A program made the position numbers and the translations under genes. Positions 21,589 to 31,059 of a DNA stretch of 64,000 nucleotides are shown in pieces (the first letter of the stretch is position 1; each line of letters begins with the position of its first letter). Under the pieces are notes generated by a model. The model saw only the letters and a list, made by a program, of their open reading frames with translations, did not search any database and was not told the origin of the DNA. The DNA is from Giardia intestinalis (taxonomy: Eukaryota): assembly GCA_000002435.2 (NCBI GenBank), contig CM018793.1. One strand, 5' to 3'.

Positions 21589-23061
21589 ATGAGCCAGCTT
21601 GAGCAAATTCTAGTAGACTGTCTTGCGCTCGCTGCACAGGACAAAATCACTGCCAAGAACTCCTGGTCTCTTCAGCTGCTGGAGAACATAGATGGCATCA
21701 TTGATTCCATGCGGCAATCGTGCGATTTTGTCTATGTATCTTCGGCCATCTCTGCGTCTGCAAAGATCTATGCAGGAAGAGTGGACTCCCTATATACTAT
21801 GGTGCGTCACACTGCTGCTGCAGGACGCGTGCATGACCACTCTCCCATGGATCTTGAGGGTGAAACAGATGCCAACTCAAGCCAGGCGCGCAGGCCCCTG
21901 GATAAGCATTCAAAGGCCACCAAGCGGGTTCCTTACAAGAATGCTGCATTAACCAAGGACTTCTCTGCCCTACAGATGAAGCCTGCCTCACGTGACGCGC
22001 TTTTCCGCTTGGACCCCCTTTACTCCCAGTTGCAGATGCAGGAGCTCACATGCACCACTAAATCGCTCCCAATCTTTGGCATGTACGCCAAACCAGCCAC
22101 CTTGTCGGTCTCCCAAGCTCTTTCTGACCGCATACTAGCCAATGTGCGACCTATAACCACACACATGATTCAAGCTGCACAGGCCTCTCTAATCGCAACA
22201 CCACTTGTAGCGCCATCTGGATCACTTGATAGATCACTTATTATGGTGAATCCTGCGATGCAGAGCCAATATGGCAACTTTTCTTCCAGGATAGAGTCTG
22301 CGGTCCACTCTGTTTCAGATTCTCTCGTACTGTCTCAGAAGCTACAGGATGATGTGGCTCGTTACGTAGAGACCTCTGATAACCTCTCTGTCACCGAAGA
22401 TCTCATAGCTGTTTCTGGCAAGAATGCACTCTGGAGTGCAGCAAAACTTCCCAAACCCCCCAAGAAGCAGCGAGTTGCTCGGCGAGCTACTTCACAGGCG
22501 TGTAAGAAGTCTCGGGCCCCCAATCCCCCTCGAGCGCCCCGCGCGCCCCGGTCGTCTTCTTTCGCTGCCCCTAAGCTGACTGATCATGCACCTTTAGAAT
22601 CTGTTGAGATTGCCTTAAGCGACTGCAGCATCAACTTAGAAGCCGATGAACTGGACTTTGATCCGCCACACACTCAAGCACTTGCAAGTTCACGCCGAGC
22701 TACACTAGACATTTCAGACTTGCACGGAAGCTCGCTTGCAGAATCGGCTCCGCCGTTCGATAACTCCGAGTACATTCTCAACATGGTCAAGACAGAAAGT
22801 CTCATTGATTCTACTCCCACAAAAGTTAACATAGCACAGCTAAAGGGGGCTATTCATAACGAGCTTACTCACCAGACCACGCTAGCAGAGGTTTTTGCTC
22901 GGCTTTCTCACATGAAGCGTCTTCCTAATGACATTACGAACAAGTCTGCAGCTGCTATTTCACTTGTCTTTAGCGCGCTTCTGCACTTGGCATCTGAAGG
23001 GCACGTTGGATTAGAATGTCGTCAAGATGACATTAGTATTATTCCTCAGCAAGCAATCTAG
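21589..23061 (+). CDS. Kleisin, condensin non-SMC subunit CAP-H/Brn1-like.
   Basis: The N-terminal kleisin motif resembles CAP-H: KITAKNSWSLQLLENIDGII ... ISASAKIYAGRVDSLYTMV (compare CAP-H KITTKNAFGLHLID ... ASTKIYAVRVDAVH). The C-terminus has a winged-helix-like stretch, TLAEVFARLSHMKRLPNDITNKSAAAISLVFSALLHLASEGHVGLECRQDDISII. The track ORF starts at 21421, an upstream alternative start. The first plausible ATG is 21589 (MSQLEQILVD...). Confidence 0.5.
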   Translation: MSQLEQILVDCLALAAQDKITAKNSWSLQLLENIDGIIDSMRQSCDFVYVSSAISASAKIYAGRVDSLYTMVRHTAAAGRVHDHSPMDLEGETDANSSQARRPLDKHSKATKRVPYKNAALTKDFSALQMKPASRDALFRLDPLYSQLQMQELTCTTKSLPIFGMYAKPATLSVSQALSDRILANVRPITTHMIQAAQASLIATPLVAPSGSLDRSLIMVNPAMQSQYGNFSSRIESAVHSVSDSLVLSQKLQDDVARYVETSDNLSVTEDLIAVSGKNALWSAAKLPKPPKKQRVARRATSQACKKSRAPNPPRAPRAPRSSSFAAPKLTDHAPLESVEIALSDCSINLEADELDFDPPHTQALASSRRATLDISDLHGSSLAESAPPFDNSEYILNMVKTESLIDSTPTKVNIAQLKGAIHNELTHQTTLAEVFARLSHMKRLPNDITNKSAAAISLVFSALLHLASEGHVGLECRQDDISIIPQQAI

Positions 23062-23416
23062 CTTGATCTGCAGATCCTACGAAAAATCAATGCAACCACG
23101 TGGCTATCGTAGGTTGTCTTCGCTCAAGTTGAACCCATGTACATAGCCTATTCTGAAATGAGGACAAGCCAACTAGCATGGAATTAGGTGTCAGCTCCAT
23201 ATGCTTCGCCGTTGGCTGATCATGGAGCCCTGAGCACGTGTAGAGCTTTTCATCGGAATCTTCTACTGCGGTGGCTTCTATAACGGTGTGCCTACTCTAT
23301 TAGCGTAGTTTCACGGAGACGCAGCAACGCTAAAGAGCACTAGACACGATAGCAGGTGCGTAGCATCACAGAATGCACGCTGTACGATGTATTAGAGCTT
23401 GGCTGTCCATCCATCA

Positions 23417-24898
23417 ATGTTACTAAAAATAACCTTGACACTTGCAATTGCACTGGCAGAGTGCCAGGAGGGATCTTTCCTCTATATGGGCAAGTGCCAC
23501 AGGAGAGAGCCCGGAGCAGGGATGCAGGCCCCAGACCCCGTCCTGTGCCCGGAAGCTGTCAGCGGACCAGGCAACTGCAAGCCCGGAAAGTGCTTTGGAA
23601 TCGGAGGTGAGGAGCTAAGCTACTGCTCGCAGTGCGCAGATGCTACCGAGGTCCCCCTCAATGGGGCCTGTGATAACTCTGAAGAAACCCAAGCATGCAC
23701 CCAGATGTCCGACGGGGTGTGCACACAGTGCGCCAAGAAGACCTTCATGTACAAGGGAGGGTGCTACTCCACGATCGGCGTCCCCGGCGTCAAGATGTGC
23801 AAGGAGGCGACAGACGGGGTGTGCACCAGCCCGGCCCCCGGATACTTCGTGCTCCCAGCAGACGACCGAGACGCCTCCCACCAGTCCGTCGTCTCGTGCG
23901 GCGACGGCGAGGGGGCACCGGGCAGAACCAAGCTCTACAAGGGCGTGAAAGGCTGTGCCGAGTGCACGCTAAGCGTCCCTGCCACGACTGCGACCTGCAA
24001 TAGGTGCACGACAAAGAACCTTAGTCCGCTGAAGGACGCGTGCTTAACAGACTGCCCTGCCGGGATGTATGCCAACAACAAGGTGTGCACCCCCTGCCAC
24101 GAGTCGTGCGCAAGCTGTAGCACTAACGCAGAAGCGTCGTGCACGGCCTGCTATCCGGGGTCTGTGCTGAGTCGGTCGTCTGGTGGCACAGGAGCGTGCA
24201 TGAAAGAGTGCACGGGAAAGTACGCAGAGAACTGCGAGGCTGGCCAGTGCACGGCCGTCGTTGGGGGCTCCAAGTACTGCAGCAGGTGCAAGGCTGGATA
24301 CGTTCCAGTGGACGGCGTCTGTGTGTCGATAACGACAAGGGCGCCGACTGGATGCACGCCGAGTGATAACAATGATGGAACATGCAAAGCGTGTACAACC
24401 ACATACTTCCTGCAATCTGGCGGATGCTACAGCGCCGGAGCCTTTCCGGGTAATACTCTCTGCTCTAGTGCTGCCAATGGAAAGTGCCAGACATGTGCCA
24501 ACGGGCAAGCAGCAGATACCACTTCGGGTTCCTGCCCGGCGTGTCCGGATGGGTGCTCAAAGTGCACGGAAAGTGCTTCTCCACAGCAGTGTTCGGAGTG
24601 CCTCCCCGGATACTACAAGTCCGGAAGTAGCTGCGTGAAGTGTGATGCTAGTGACAACGGAATAGTTGGTGTGCCTAATTGCATAAGCTGCGCCCCGCCA
24701 GCTGGTGGTAGTGGCTCTGTTACTTGCTATGTCAAAACAGATGGCACTAGTGGTGGTGATAACAACACCGGCGGAAGCACCAACAGGGGCGGCCTCTCCA
24801 CTGGCGCCATCGCGGGGATCTCCATCGCTGTCGTCGTCGTCGTGGGGGGCCTCGTGGGCTTCCTCTGCTGGTGGTTCGTGTGTAGAGGGAAGGCGTGA
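23417..24898 (+). CDS. Variant-specific surface protein (VSP), complete.
   Basis: Signal peptide MLLKITLTLAIALAECQ. Many CXXC pairs and GGCY motifs (KGGCYS, SGGCYS). A C-terminal TM helix followed by the invariant ...CRGKA tail. The ATG is at 23417; the track ORF begins at an upstream TTG. A VSP-type polyA signal follows the stop. Confidence 0.9.
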   Translation: MLLKITLTLAIALAECQEGSFLYMGKCHRREPGAGMQAPDPVLCPEAVSGPGNCKPGKCFGIGGEELSYCSQCADATEVPLNGACDNSEETQACTQMSDGVCTQCAKKTFMYKGGCYSTIGVPGVKMCKEATDGVCTSPAPGYFVLPADDRDASHQSVVSCGDGEGAPGRTKLYKGVKGCAECTLSVPATTATCNRCTTKNLSPLKDACLTDCPAGMYANNKVCTPCHESCASCSTNAEASCTACYPGSVLSRSSGGTGACMKECTGKYAENCEAGQCTAVVGGSKYCSRCKAGYVPVDGVCVSITTRAPTGCTPSDNNDGTCKACTTTYFLQSGGCYSAGAFPGNTLCSSAANGKCQTCANGQAADTTSGSCPACPDGCSKCTESASPQQCSECLPGYYKSGSSCVKCDASDNGIVGVPNCISCAPPAGGSGSVTCYVKTDGTSGGDNNTGGSTNRGGLSTGAIAGISIAVVVVVGGLVGFLCWWFVCRGKA

Positions 24899-24905
24899 CT
24901 TAGGT

Positions 24906-24912
24906 AGTGAAT
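24906..24912 (+). promoter_or_regulatory. Giardia polyadenylation signal AGTGAAT, within the VSP motif CTTAGGTAGTGAA.
   Basis: It matches AGTRAAY eight nt after the VSP stop codon. The same extended motif follows the second VSP. Confidence 0.6.
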
Positions 24913-24920
24913 GCTCTATA

Positions 24921-24978
24921 GTGTGATAGTGTGATAATGGGTGATAGGGTGATAGAAGGTGATAGAGGGTGATATGCA
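24921..24978. repeat. Degenerate tandem repeat of GGTGATAG[AG][AG], six to seven units.
   Basis: The sequence reads gtgtgatagtgtgataatgggtgatagggtgatagaaggtgatagagggtgatatgcac. It fills the 67-bp spacer between the VSP stop and the start-less VSP copy. Confidence 0.7.
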
Positions 24979-26672
24979 CAGCAGCCAGTAATGGAGTGTG
25001 TACTACTTGTAAGACAGATAACCAGTACATATTCCAGAACCCTGCTGCACCATCAGAGAAGGGAAGGGAGTGTATACTGTGCTCTGATACTACACAGAGA
25101 GACGAGGTCATGGGAGTGGATAACTGTCTCAAGTGTACGGCACCAGCTAATAATAAGGGGGTAGCTAAGTGCACTGCTTGCACAGAGGGACACTTCCTAC
25201 ACACAGATGGGACGTGCCAGGCATGCGGCACCGGTTGCTCCGAGTGCACGTCCAACACAGTGTGCACGCACTGCATGCCTGGAAGGTACCTGAAAACTGG
25301 TGGCAGCTGTGTCGATGGGAGCGGGAGCACCTGTGGTGAAAAGAAGTACCCCGATCCAACTACCAGAGAGTGCAAGGCATGCCCCGAAGCTTGCAGGGTG
25401 TGCGCGTATGACGATGTCCTCCAGCAGCCCGTATGCAGCGAGTGCGACAGTGGACAAGCAAAGAATCTTCTCAAGAAGAAGGTCGACGGGACAGCGGAGT
25501 GCGTCGATGAGAACGGATGTCCGACAGGTGAAACGCACTTTGTTGATAAAACTGCTGGAACAAAGTGTCTTCCGTGTGGTGATGAATCTAAAGGAGTGGC
25601 TAATTGTGAAACCTGTAGTGCTGCACAACAATGCACTAAGTGCCTTCCGGGCTTCTTTGAGACTAATCCGACAACATGCACCGATTGTACAGGACATTGC
25701 GCAGAGTGCGGAACAGCGGGTCAAATTGATACATGTACAAAGTGCCTTCCCGGGTTCTTCCTAAAGTCCAGCGGAGGAAAAGAGTGCGTTCTTTGCGGAG
25801 ATAGCCAAAAGGGCGGCATCGATGGATGTGATGTTTGTGAGGGAACAGAAGACGCCCTCAAGTGCACAAAGTGCAAGGTGAACTACAGACCCAGTGGAGA
25901 ACCTTCAACTGGGGTCACATGTACAAAGGCCTGTGAAGATGATACTGCGTGTGGTGGGACAGCAGGGGCCTGCGATGCTATAGTGATCGACAATGATGGA
26001 AAGGAGCTTCATTACTGTTCATTCTGTGGAGATAGTTCACAAGCTCCCATTAATGGAAAGTGTGTGGCTTCTGGTAGTTACGATAGTAATCATTGTGCTA
26101 AAGGTGTCTGTACACAGTGCACCAACAACTACTTCTTATACATGGGTGGCTGCTATAGTGTATCAGCTCAACCTGGTAACCTCATGTGCAAGACAGCAGG
26201 TAATAATGGGATATGCACAGAGGCGGCCAACAATAAGTACTTCATAGTCCCAGAGGCAAAGCCTACTCAGCAGTCCGTGCTAGCCTGTGGGAACCCCCTG
26301 GGCACACTAGTAGGCACTGGTGGTACCGCTAAGGCATACGTGGGGGTGGATGGCTGCTCCCAGTGTAAAGCGCCAACACAGATAGACACTCTTGGTATGA
26401 CCCCTGCTATATGTACTGCCTGTGACAGTGATAGGAAGCCCAACAGGGACGGCAGTGGGTGTGTGCTGTGCTCTGTGGGTGATTGCAAGAGCTGTGTGGT
26501 GGATGGTGTGTGTGGGGAGTGCAACAGTGGCTTCAGTCTAGAGGGTGGCAAGTGTGTGTCCTCTGGCACCAACAGGAGCGGGCTCTCCACGGGGGCCATC
26601 GCGGGCATCTCCGTGGCTGTGGTCGCTGTCGTGGGGGGCCTCGTGGGCTTCCTCTGCAGGGGGAAGGCGTAG
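24966..26672 (+). pseudogene. VSP copy truncated at the 5' end; no ATG and no signal peptide.
   Basis: The frame is opened by TAG at 24963. The track 'M' at 24969 is a GTG. The first in-frame ATG, at about 25113, gives a start (MGVDNCLKCTAP...) with no signal peptide. The rest has full VSP architecture: CXXC repeats, a GGCY motif, a TM helix and CRGKA, with polyA signal AGTAAAC after the stop. Confidence 0.65.
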
Positions 26673-26689
26673 GTGGCATCCACTTAGGT

Positions 26690-26696
26690 AGTAAAC
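26690..26696 (+). promoter_or_regulatory. Polyadenylation signal AGTAAAC, within CTTAGGTAGTAAAC.
   Basis: It matches AGTRAAY eighteen nt after the stop of the second VSP. Confidence 0.55.
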
Positions 26697-26914
26697 GCAT
26701 CCATGTGCCGCATCACCTCAACCGGTACACCTCACAGTGCCTCTGCCTGGACAATGGAAGAGCTACGGCGGGCTGCTCTAGCCGTTCCGTGCGCCTCTGG
26801 TAAGGGTGACGCCCCAGGCCAGCACGACTCCCTGGTATCTGAGACAGAGTGCGAGTGGCCGCTTATTCCCATCCCCCAGTCCACTCTCACCCAACATAGT
26901 CAAAATGTCCTATT

Positions 26915-27014
26915 CTTCGCGCCCTCGCGCCCGCACGTGCCCGTGGCGTAATTGGATAGCGCGCCTGACTACGGATCAGGAGGTTGCAGGTTCAAGTCCT
27001 GCCGGGTACGCTTT
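26915..27014 (+). repeat. Duplicated module of 100 bp, copy 1: a 22-nt GC-rich leader, tRNA-Arg and CTTT.
   Basis: It is identical to 35908..36007. The shared upstream 22-mer is CTTCGCGCCCTCGCGCCCGCAC. The tRNA is identical in the two copies. The flanks diverge outside this unit. Confidence 0.85.
26937..27010 (+). tRNA. tRNA-Arg, anticodon ACG.
   Basis: I folded it by hand. Acceptor stem GTGCCCG/CGGGTAC with one G-U pair. D-arm GCGT-AATTGGATA-GCGC. Anticodon stem CCTGA/TCAGG with loop CTACGGA (U33, anticodon ACG, G37). Variable loop AGGTT. T-arm GCAGG-TTCAAGT-CCTGC. Discriminator G. Length 74 nt. A TTTT run follows at 27012-27015. Confidence 0.9.
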
Positions 27015-27015
27015 T

Positions 27016-27519
27016 ATGCCCGCCCCCAACTTTGCGGCCGCCGTCGAAGACCTCGCCCGCACGGCCTCTCTGCCCTCCCCGCCACTGGCCACGCTCTGGA
27101 TTCGCCTCAATGAGCTTCGTGCCCAGCTGCAGGCGTCGGCCCCTGAGCTAGCAAAGACAGATGTCCAGTATCTTCTAGAGAAGCTTCAATATATTGAAGA
27201 TGATATCAAGGCGCTGGAAGACCAGGAGCGCATGCATCCAGCCTCGGAAATTGCTGACACGCAGGCTTTCGACCTCTCTGCAGCCCATCGGTCAGCAGAC
27301 GAAACGATCGCTTTGGCGCTCCACACAACCTCTGCGCTCCATGATCAGACAGGGCACATAAACGTCTTGCTAGAAAAAATCTCAAATCTAGGGTCCAAAG
27401 TAACCGTCGGCCGACACTTGCTCTCTAGCCTTCTGCGCTCCGAACAGGCCGGCGCAGTCATCATACCTCTGCTTCTCATAGTTATCTCATTAGTATATTT
27501 ACTTATGAAGCTACTTTGA
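27016..27519 (+). CDS. Tail-anchored coiled-coil protein, Q-SNARE-like.
   Basis: A 167-aa ORF whose ATG lies 5 nt after the tRNA. It has a heptad-patterned segment with a central Q (ALHDQTGHINVLLEKISNLGSKV) and a single C-terminal TM helix (AVIIPLLLIVISLVYLLMKLL). The track ORF 26806..27519 reads through the tRNA and is an artefact. Confidence 0.5.
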   Translation: MPAPNFAAAVEDLARTASLPSPPLATLWIRLNELRAQLQASAPELAKTDVQYLLEKLQYIEDDIKALEDQERMHPASEIADTQAFDLSAAHRSADETIALALHTTSALHDQTGHINVLLEKISNLGSKVTVGRHLLSSLLRSEQAGAVIIPLLLIVISLVYLLMKLL

Positions 27520-27549
27520 CGTCATTCCTCATAAATACATACCTGTGCA

Positions 27550-28533
27550 TCACGCTGCCTTGACACGGAATCTCCCCACAACTATAGCATGATTCCTGTG
27601 GAACTCTCCTATGTCCAGCTGCTCCTTGCACTTAAAGTCGTGCTCGCGCAATGTCTCTATTTCACGCGCAAAGACGGCCTCCGGCTTCAGCGTCGAGTCG
27701 ACAGAGCTTGCCTTGATAGATATCAGCATGCCTCCATTGGCCTTCAAATAGTACCTCGCATTCTCTGCGACAATCCGTGCCTGGTCCGGCTGTGCCACAT
27801 CAGAAAAGATGCAATCGACCTCCGGGACTATCATACGATACTTGTAAGGATGCCTTGCGTCAGCAATGATGGGGTAAACGTTCGTTCTAGCCTTAGCAAC
27901 CTCAAGTAAATCGCGGCCAGACCTCTGCGAAAACTCGACGGCATAAACGGCGCCGGTAGGCCCAACTATGTCCGAAACGTGCGAGACAGTGGTCCCCGAT
28001 GCAGCGCCAAGGTAGAGGACCTTCGCCCCTGGCTTTATTGGCATGTCCAACACGTTGAGGCGGACGGCCGCGCCCAGCTTGGAGCGGAACGGGTTCCACT
28101 CACGATATTCTATCTTGGACTCGGTCCCCTCGACTGAAATGCGCTTCTCTCCGTATACGGCCACGCCTGGTGCAAGAGACTTCGTCACTAAAACATCGCC
28201 CCGTCCATGGGATATAAATATTCCATCATACTTGGGATGAGGCTTGACCATGGTCTTTGCTCCTCCCTTGAACCCGCCGCCAGGGCCCCCGGGTCCTCCA
28301 CGGCCGCCAGGCCCATCCCTTGGTCCGCGGCGATCACCCCGATCGGGGCCTCCGGGGGGGCCTGAGCCGCGCCTGTCCCCGAAGCCGCGCCCCCCGTCAC
28401 CTCTCTTGAAGTCCGGTCTCTCTGGCCTACGGTCTCCGAAGCTCCGGCCACTGTCTCGGCGATCGTTGCCCGGCCCGCGGCCTCCCGGCCCGTCACGGCC
28501 CCCGCGCCCGCTGTTTCGATAGTCTGTACCCAT
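27550..28533 (-). CDS. NOP1: Fibrillarin, a box C/D snoRNP 2'-O-methyltransferase.
   Basis: An N-terminal RGG/GAR domain ([14 protein letters not shown]...[10 protein letters not shown]) is followed by the conserved fibrillarin methyltransferase core: [55 protein letters not shown] and [12 protein letters not shown]. Confidence 0.95.
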   Translation of the reverse strand: MGTDYRNSGRGGRDGPGGRGPGNDRRDSGRSFGDRRPERPDFKRGDGGRGFGDRRGSGPPGGPDRGDRRGPRDGPGGRGGPGGPGGGFKGGAKTMVKPHPKYDGIFISHGRGDVLVTKSLAPGVAVYGEKRISVEGTESKIEYREWNPFRSKLGAAVRLNVLDMPIKPGAKVLYLGAASGTTVSHVSDIVGPTGAVYAVEFSQRSGRDLLEVAKARTNVYPIIADARHPYKYRMIVPEVDCIFSDVAQPDQARIVAENARYYLKANGGMLISIKASSVDSTLKPEAVFAREIETLREHDFKCKEQLDIGEFHRNHAIVVGRFRVKAA

Positions 28534-28626
28534 TCAAATAATTACGGTGTTTTTTGTAGTTTTTTGAAGTAAAAGCAAAATCCAAAAAATAAGTAGCGTT
28601 TCACCGACAGAAGCCTTTCCAGACAA

Positions 28627-28639
28627 TACTAACACACAG
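28627..28639 (+). other. 3' terminal motif of a spliceosomal intron, a fused branch point and acceptor (TACTAACACACAG). It is the 3' half of a split, trans-spliced intron.
   Basis: The match to the Giardia intron 3' consensus [AC]CTRAC[AC]CACAG is exact. The dynein reading frame opens immediately after it, following a TAA at 28630-28632. There is no upstream exon or ATG. Only about 100 nt of A/T-rich spacer separates it from the divergent fibrillarin start. Confidence 0.7.
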
Positions 28640-31052
28640 CCACTGAAGATAAGGAGGAGGTCATCCGGCAGGCGAATGCCACGAAGGCACGCCTAGATCT
28701 TGCTAATCGACTCGTTAACGGTCTTGCATCTGAAAAGGAACGTTGGAAACAATCGGTTACCGATCTCCAGAGTCGCGACGGAACTCTGGTTGGAGACGTT
28801 CTTATAACGGCAGCCTTCATATCATATTCTGGGCCATTCAATCGCCAATTCAGGACAGAGCTTCTCTCCAAGTGGATCAGCAGGGCGAAGGAGCTCAAGA
28901 TTCCCATGCAAGAAAACTTTGATCCGTTGCAGCTTTTGACCAACGATGCCCTGATTGCACGCTGGAATAATGACAAGCTTCCCACTGACAGGGTTTCACT
29001 CGAGAACGCTTCCATCTTTTCAACCGCGGAGCGCTGGCCGCTTATCATTGATCCTCAGCTGCAGGGAATTGCGTGGATAAAGGCCAGAGAGGAGCGCCGG
29101 AAGGAAGAAGAGCGTCGCTTCATGGAATTGGAGGCCGAATATCAGGCGAAGAAGGCCACGTTTGAAGCGGACCGAGAGCGCCGAATGCGGGAAGCCGAGG
29201 AGAAAGGGGAGAAGTTTGTAGACGACGTTGTGTTGGAGAGGCCCCGCCCAAGTGATGAGAAGCTTGGCCGCCTTCAAGTTGTTCGCTTTTCCCAGAACAA
29301 GTGGCTCGATGCCATTGAGAAGGCTGTCCAGGATGGTGATACTGTCATCATCGAGAACATTCACGAGACTATTGATGCCGTGCTCAATCCTCTTTTGGGA
29401 CGTAACATAATCAAGAGGGGCCGCTCTAAGTTCATCAAGTTTGGAGACAAAGAAGTTGAGTATGACGATAACTTTCGTCTCTATATCCAGACCAAGATGC
29501 CGAATCCCCACTATTCGCCAGAGATTCAGGCACAGACTACCTTGATCAATTTCACCGTCACAATCGATGGCCTGGAAGACCAGCTCCTTGCTCTGGTTGT
29601 GTCTGAGGAGCGGCCCGACCTAGAGGAACTGAAGGCTAGTCTCATGCGCCAGCAGAATGAATTTAAGATCACGCTCCAGCAGTTGGAAGAGGACCTGCTC
29701 AAGCGTCTTTCTTCGGCAACGGGAGACATTCTTGGTGACACCGATCTCATAGAGAATTTGGAGAAAACAAAGGCCACGTCATCAGAGATTTCCGAGAAGG
29801 TCAAGGAAGCCAAGATAACGGAGGAAAATATAAACAAGGCTCGGGAGCAGTACAGGCCTGTTGCAGCCCGTGCGGCTATGCTCTACTTCCTTTTGAACTC
29901 CTTGAATGTCATCGATCACTTTTATCAGTTTTCCCTCTCCGCCTTTATAACGGTCTTCTACAGGGCCATCAGGCTCTCACAGAAAAGCGAAGACGTCCAG
30001 GAGCGCGTGAACATTCTTCTGGATGCTCTCACGTTTGATATTTATTCCTATGCTGCTCGCGGCCTTTTCGAGCGGCATAAGCTCATCTTCATTTCGCAGC
30101 TCTGCTTCAACGTCCTCCGCAAGGACAACAATCTTCCTGCAAACGAATTTAACTTCTTGCTGCGCGGGACTGCCTCTGTTTCCCGTGAAAACGCGCTATC
30201 AGAGTTTATCCCCACTTCGTCTTGGAACAGTGTCGTGGGGCTTGCGGAGAGCATACCAGACATCTTTGGAAAGCTCCCTGATGACATCGAAGGCTCTGCC
30301 AAGCGCTGGAAGGAGTGGATTCAGCACGAGCAGCCAGAGCGTGAGAAGCTGCCACAGGATTGGAAGAACAGAACGAGTCTGCAGCGTCTCTGCATCATTC
30401 GTGCGTTGAGGCCTGATCGTCTTATGACCGCTATGACTGATTTTGTGAGTGAGTCGATCGGCGAAAAATACGTTGAAGCGCTGCCGTTTTCCTTCAAGAA
30501 CGTCTACGCAGACTCTAGCAAGACGGAGCCTGTGTTCTTTATCCTCTCTCCAGGCGTCGACCCGGTCAAGGACGTTGAGAGCTTGGGAAAGCAGTTAGGC
30601 TTCACTGCAGATAACGGAAAATTCAAGGCAATTTCTCTCGGTCAGGGTCAGGAGAAGTTTGCTGAAAAGGCCATGGAGGACATGGCGCAGAAAGGTGGCT
30701 GGGTGCTCCTCCAGAACATCCACCTTATGAAGATTTGGCAGGTCAAGCTAGAGAAGATGATGGAGCAGTATTGTTCCGAAACAGCGCACGACAACTTCCG
30801 TCTCTTCCTATCAGGGGAGCCGGATTCTGACCCTGCTGTAGCGTCTGTTCTCCCTGGGATTGTACAGATGTGTATTAAGGTGACCAACGAGCCCCCGCGA
30901 GGGATCAAGGCCAATATGAACAGAGCCATCGGACTATTTACACCAGACACGTTTGAAATGTGCTCCAAGGGTAACGAGTTCAAGAGTATTTTGTTTGCTC
31001 TGATCTTCTTCCATGCAATCGTCATCGAGAGACGGAAGTTCGGTCCTATAGG
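28640..31052 (+). CDS. Dynein heavy chain, internal coding piece (AAA5-AAA6 region). It has no start codon, and its C-terminal domain is absent.
   Basis: The translation runs continuously: ...TEDKEEVIRQANATKARLDLANRLVNGLASEKERWKQ...GDVLITAAFISYSGPF...RWPLIIDPQLQGIAWIK...FRLYIQTKMPNPHYSPE...GLEDQLLALVV...YQFSLSAFITVF...GLFERHKLIF...FILSPGVDP...LGQGQE...WVLLQNIHL...FRLFLSGEPD...IKVTNEPPRGIKANM...FFHAIVIERRKFGPIG. These are motifs of dynein heavy chain AAA5/AAA6. Homology stops exactly at the GTATGTT donor, and the remaining ORF tail to 31215 is not dynein-like. The upstream intron is phase 1 and the downstream intron is phase 2. Confidence 0.85.
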
Positions 31053-31059
31053 GTATGTT
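31053..31059 (+). other. 5' splice donor GTATGTT, the Giardia consensus. It marks the start of a 5' intron half of unknown extent.
   Basis: GTATGTT falls exactly where dynein homology ends (FGPIG|). No matching CTRACACACAG acceptor occurs in the 150 nt before the convergent SMC4 gene. The downstream sequence carries CAGTATGCC twice. Confidence 0.6.

Noticed and set aside
23615-25764. Numerous 60-175 aa ORFs on both strands inside the two VSP genes.
   Set aside because: They are out-of-frame or antisense artefacts of GC-rich, Cys/Gly-codon-rich VSP sequence. The VSP frames are defined by the signal peptide, CXXC periodicity and the CRGKA tail.
26806-27015. Track ORFs 26703-26951 and 26806-27519 (and 35693-35944, 35781-36221, 35945-36013) that read across the tRNA-Arg genes.
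   Set aside because: They translate the tRNA sequence itself (…RTCPWRNWIARLTTDQEVAGSSPAGYA…). The real downstream CDSs start at the first ATG after each tRNA.
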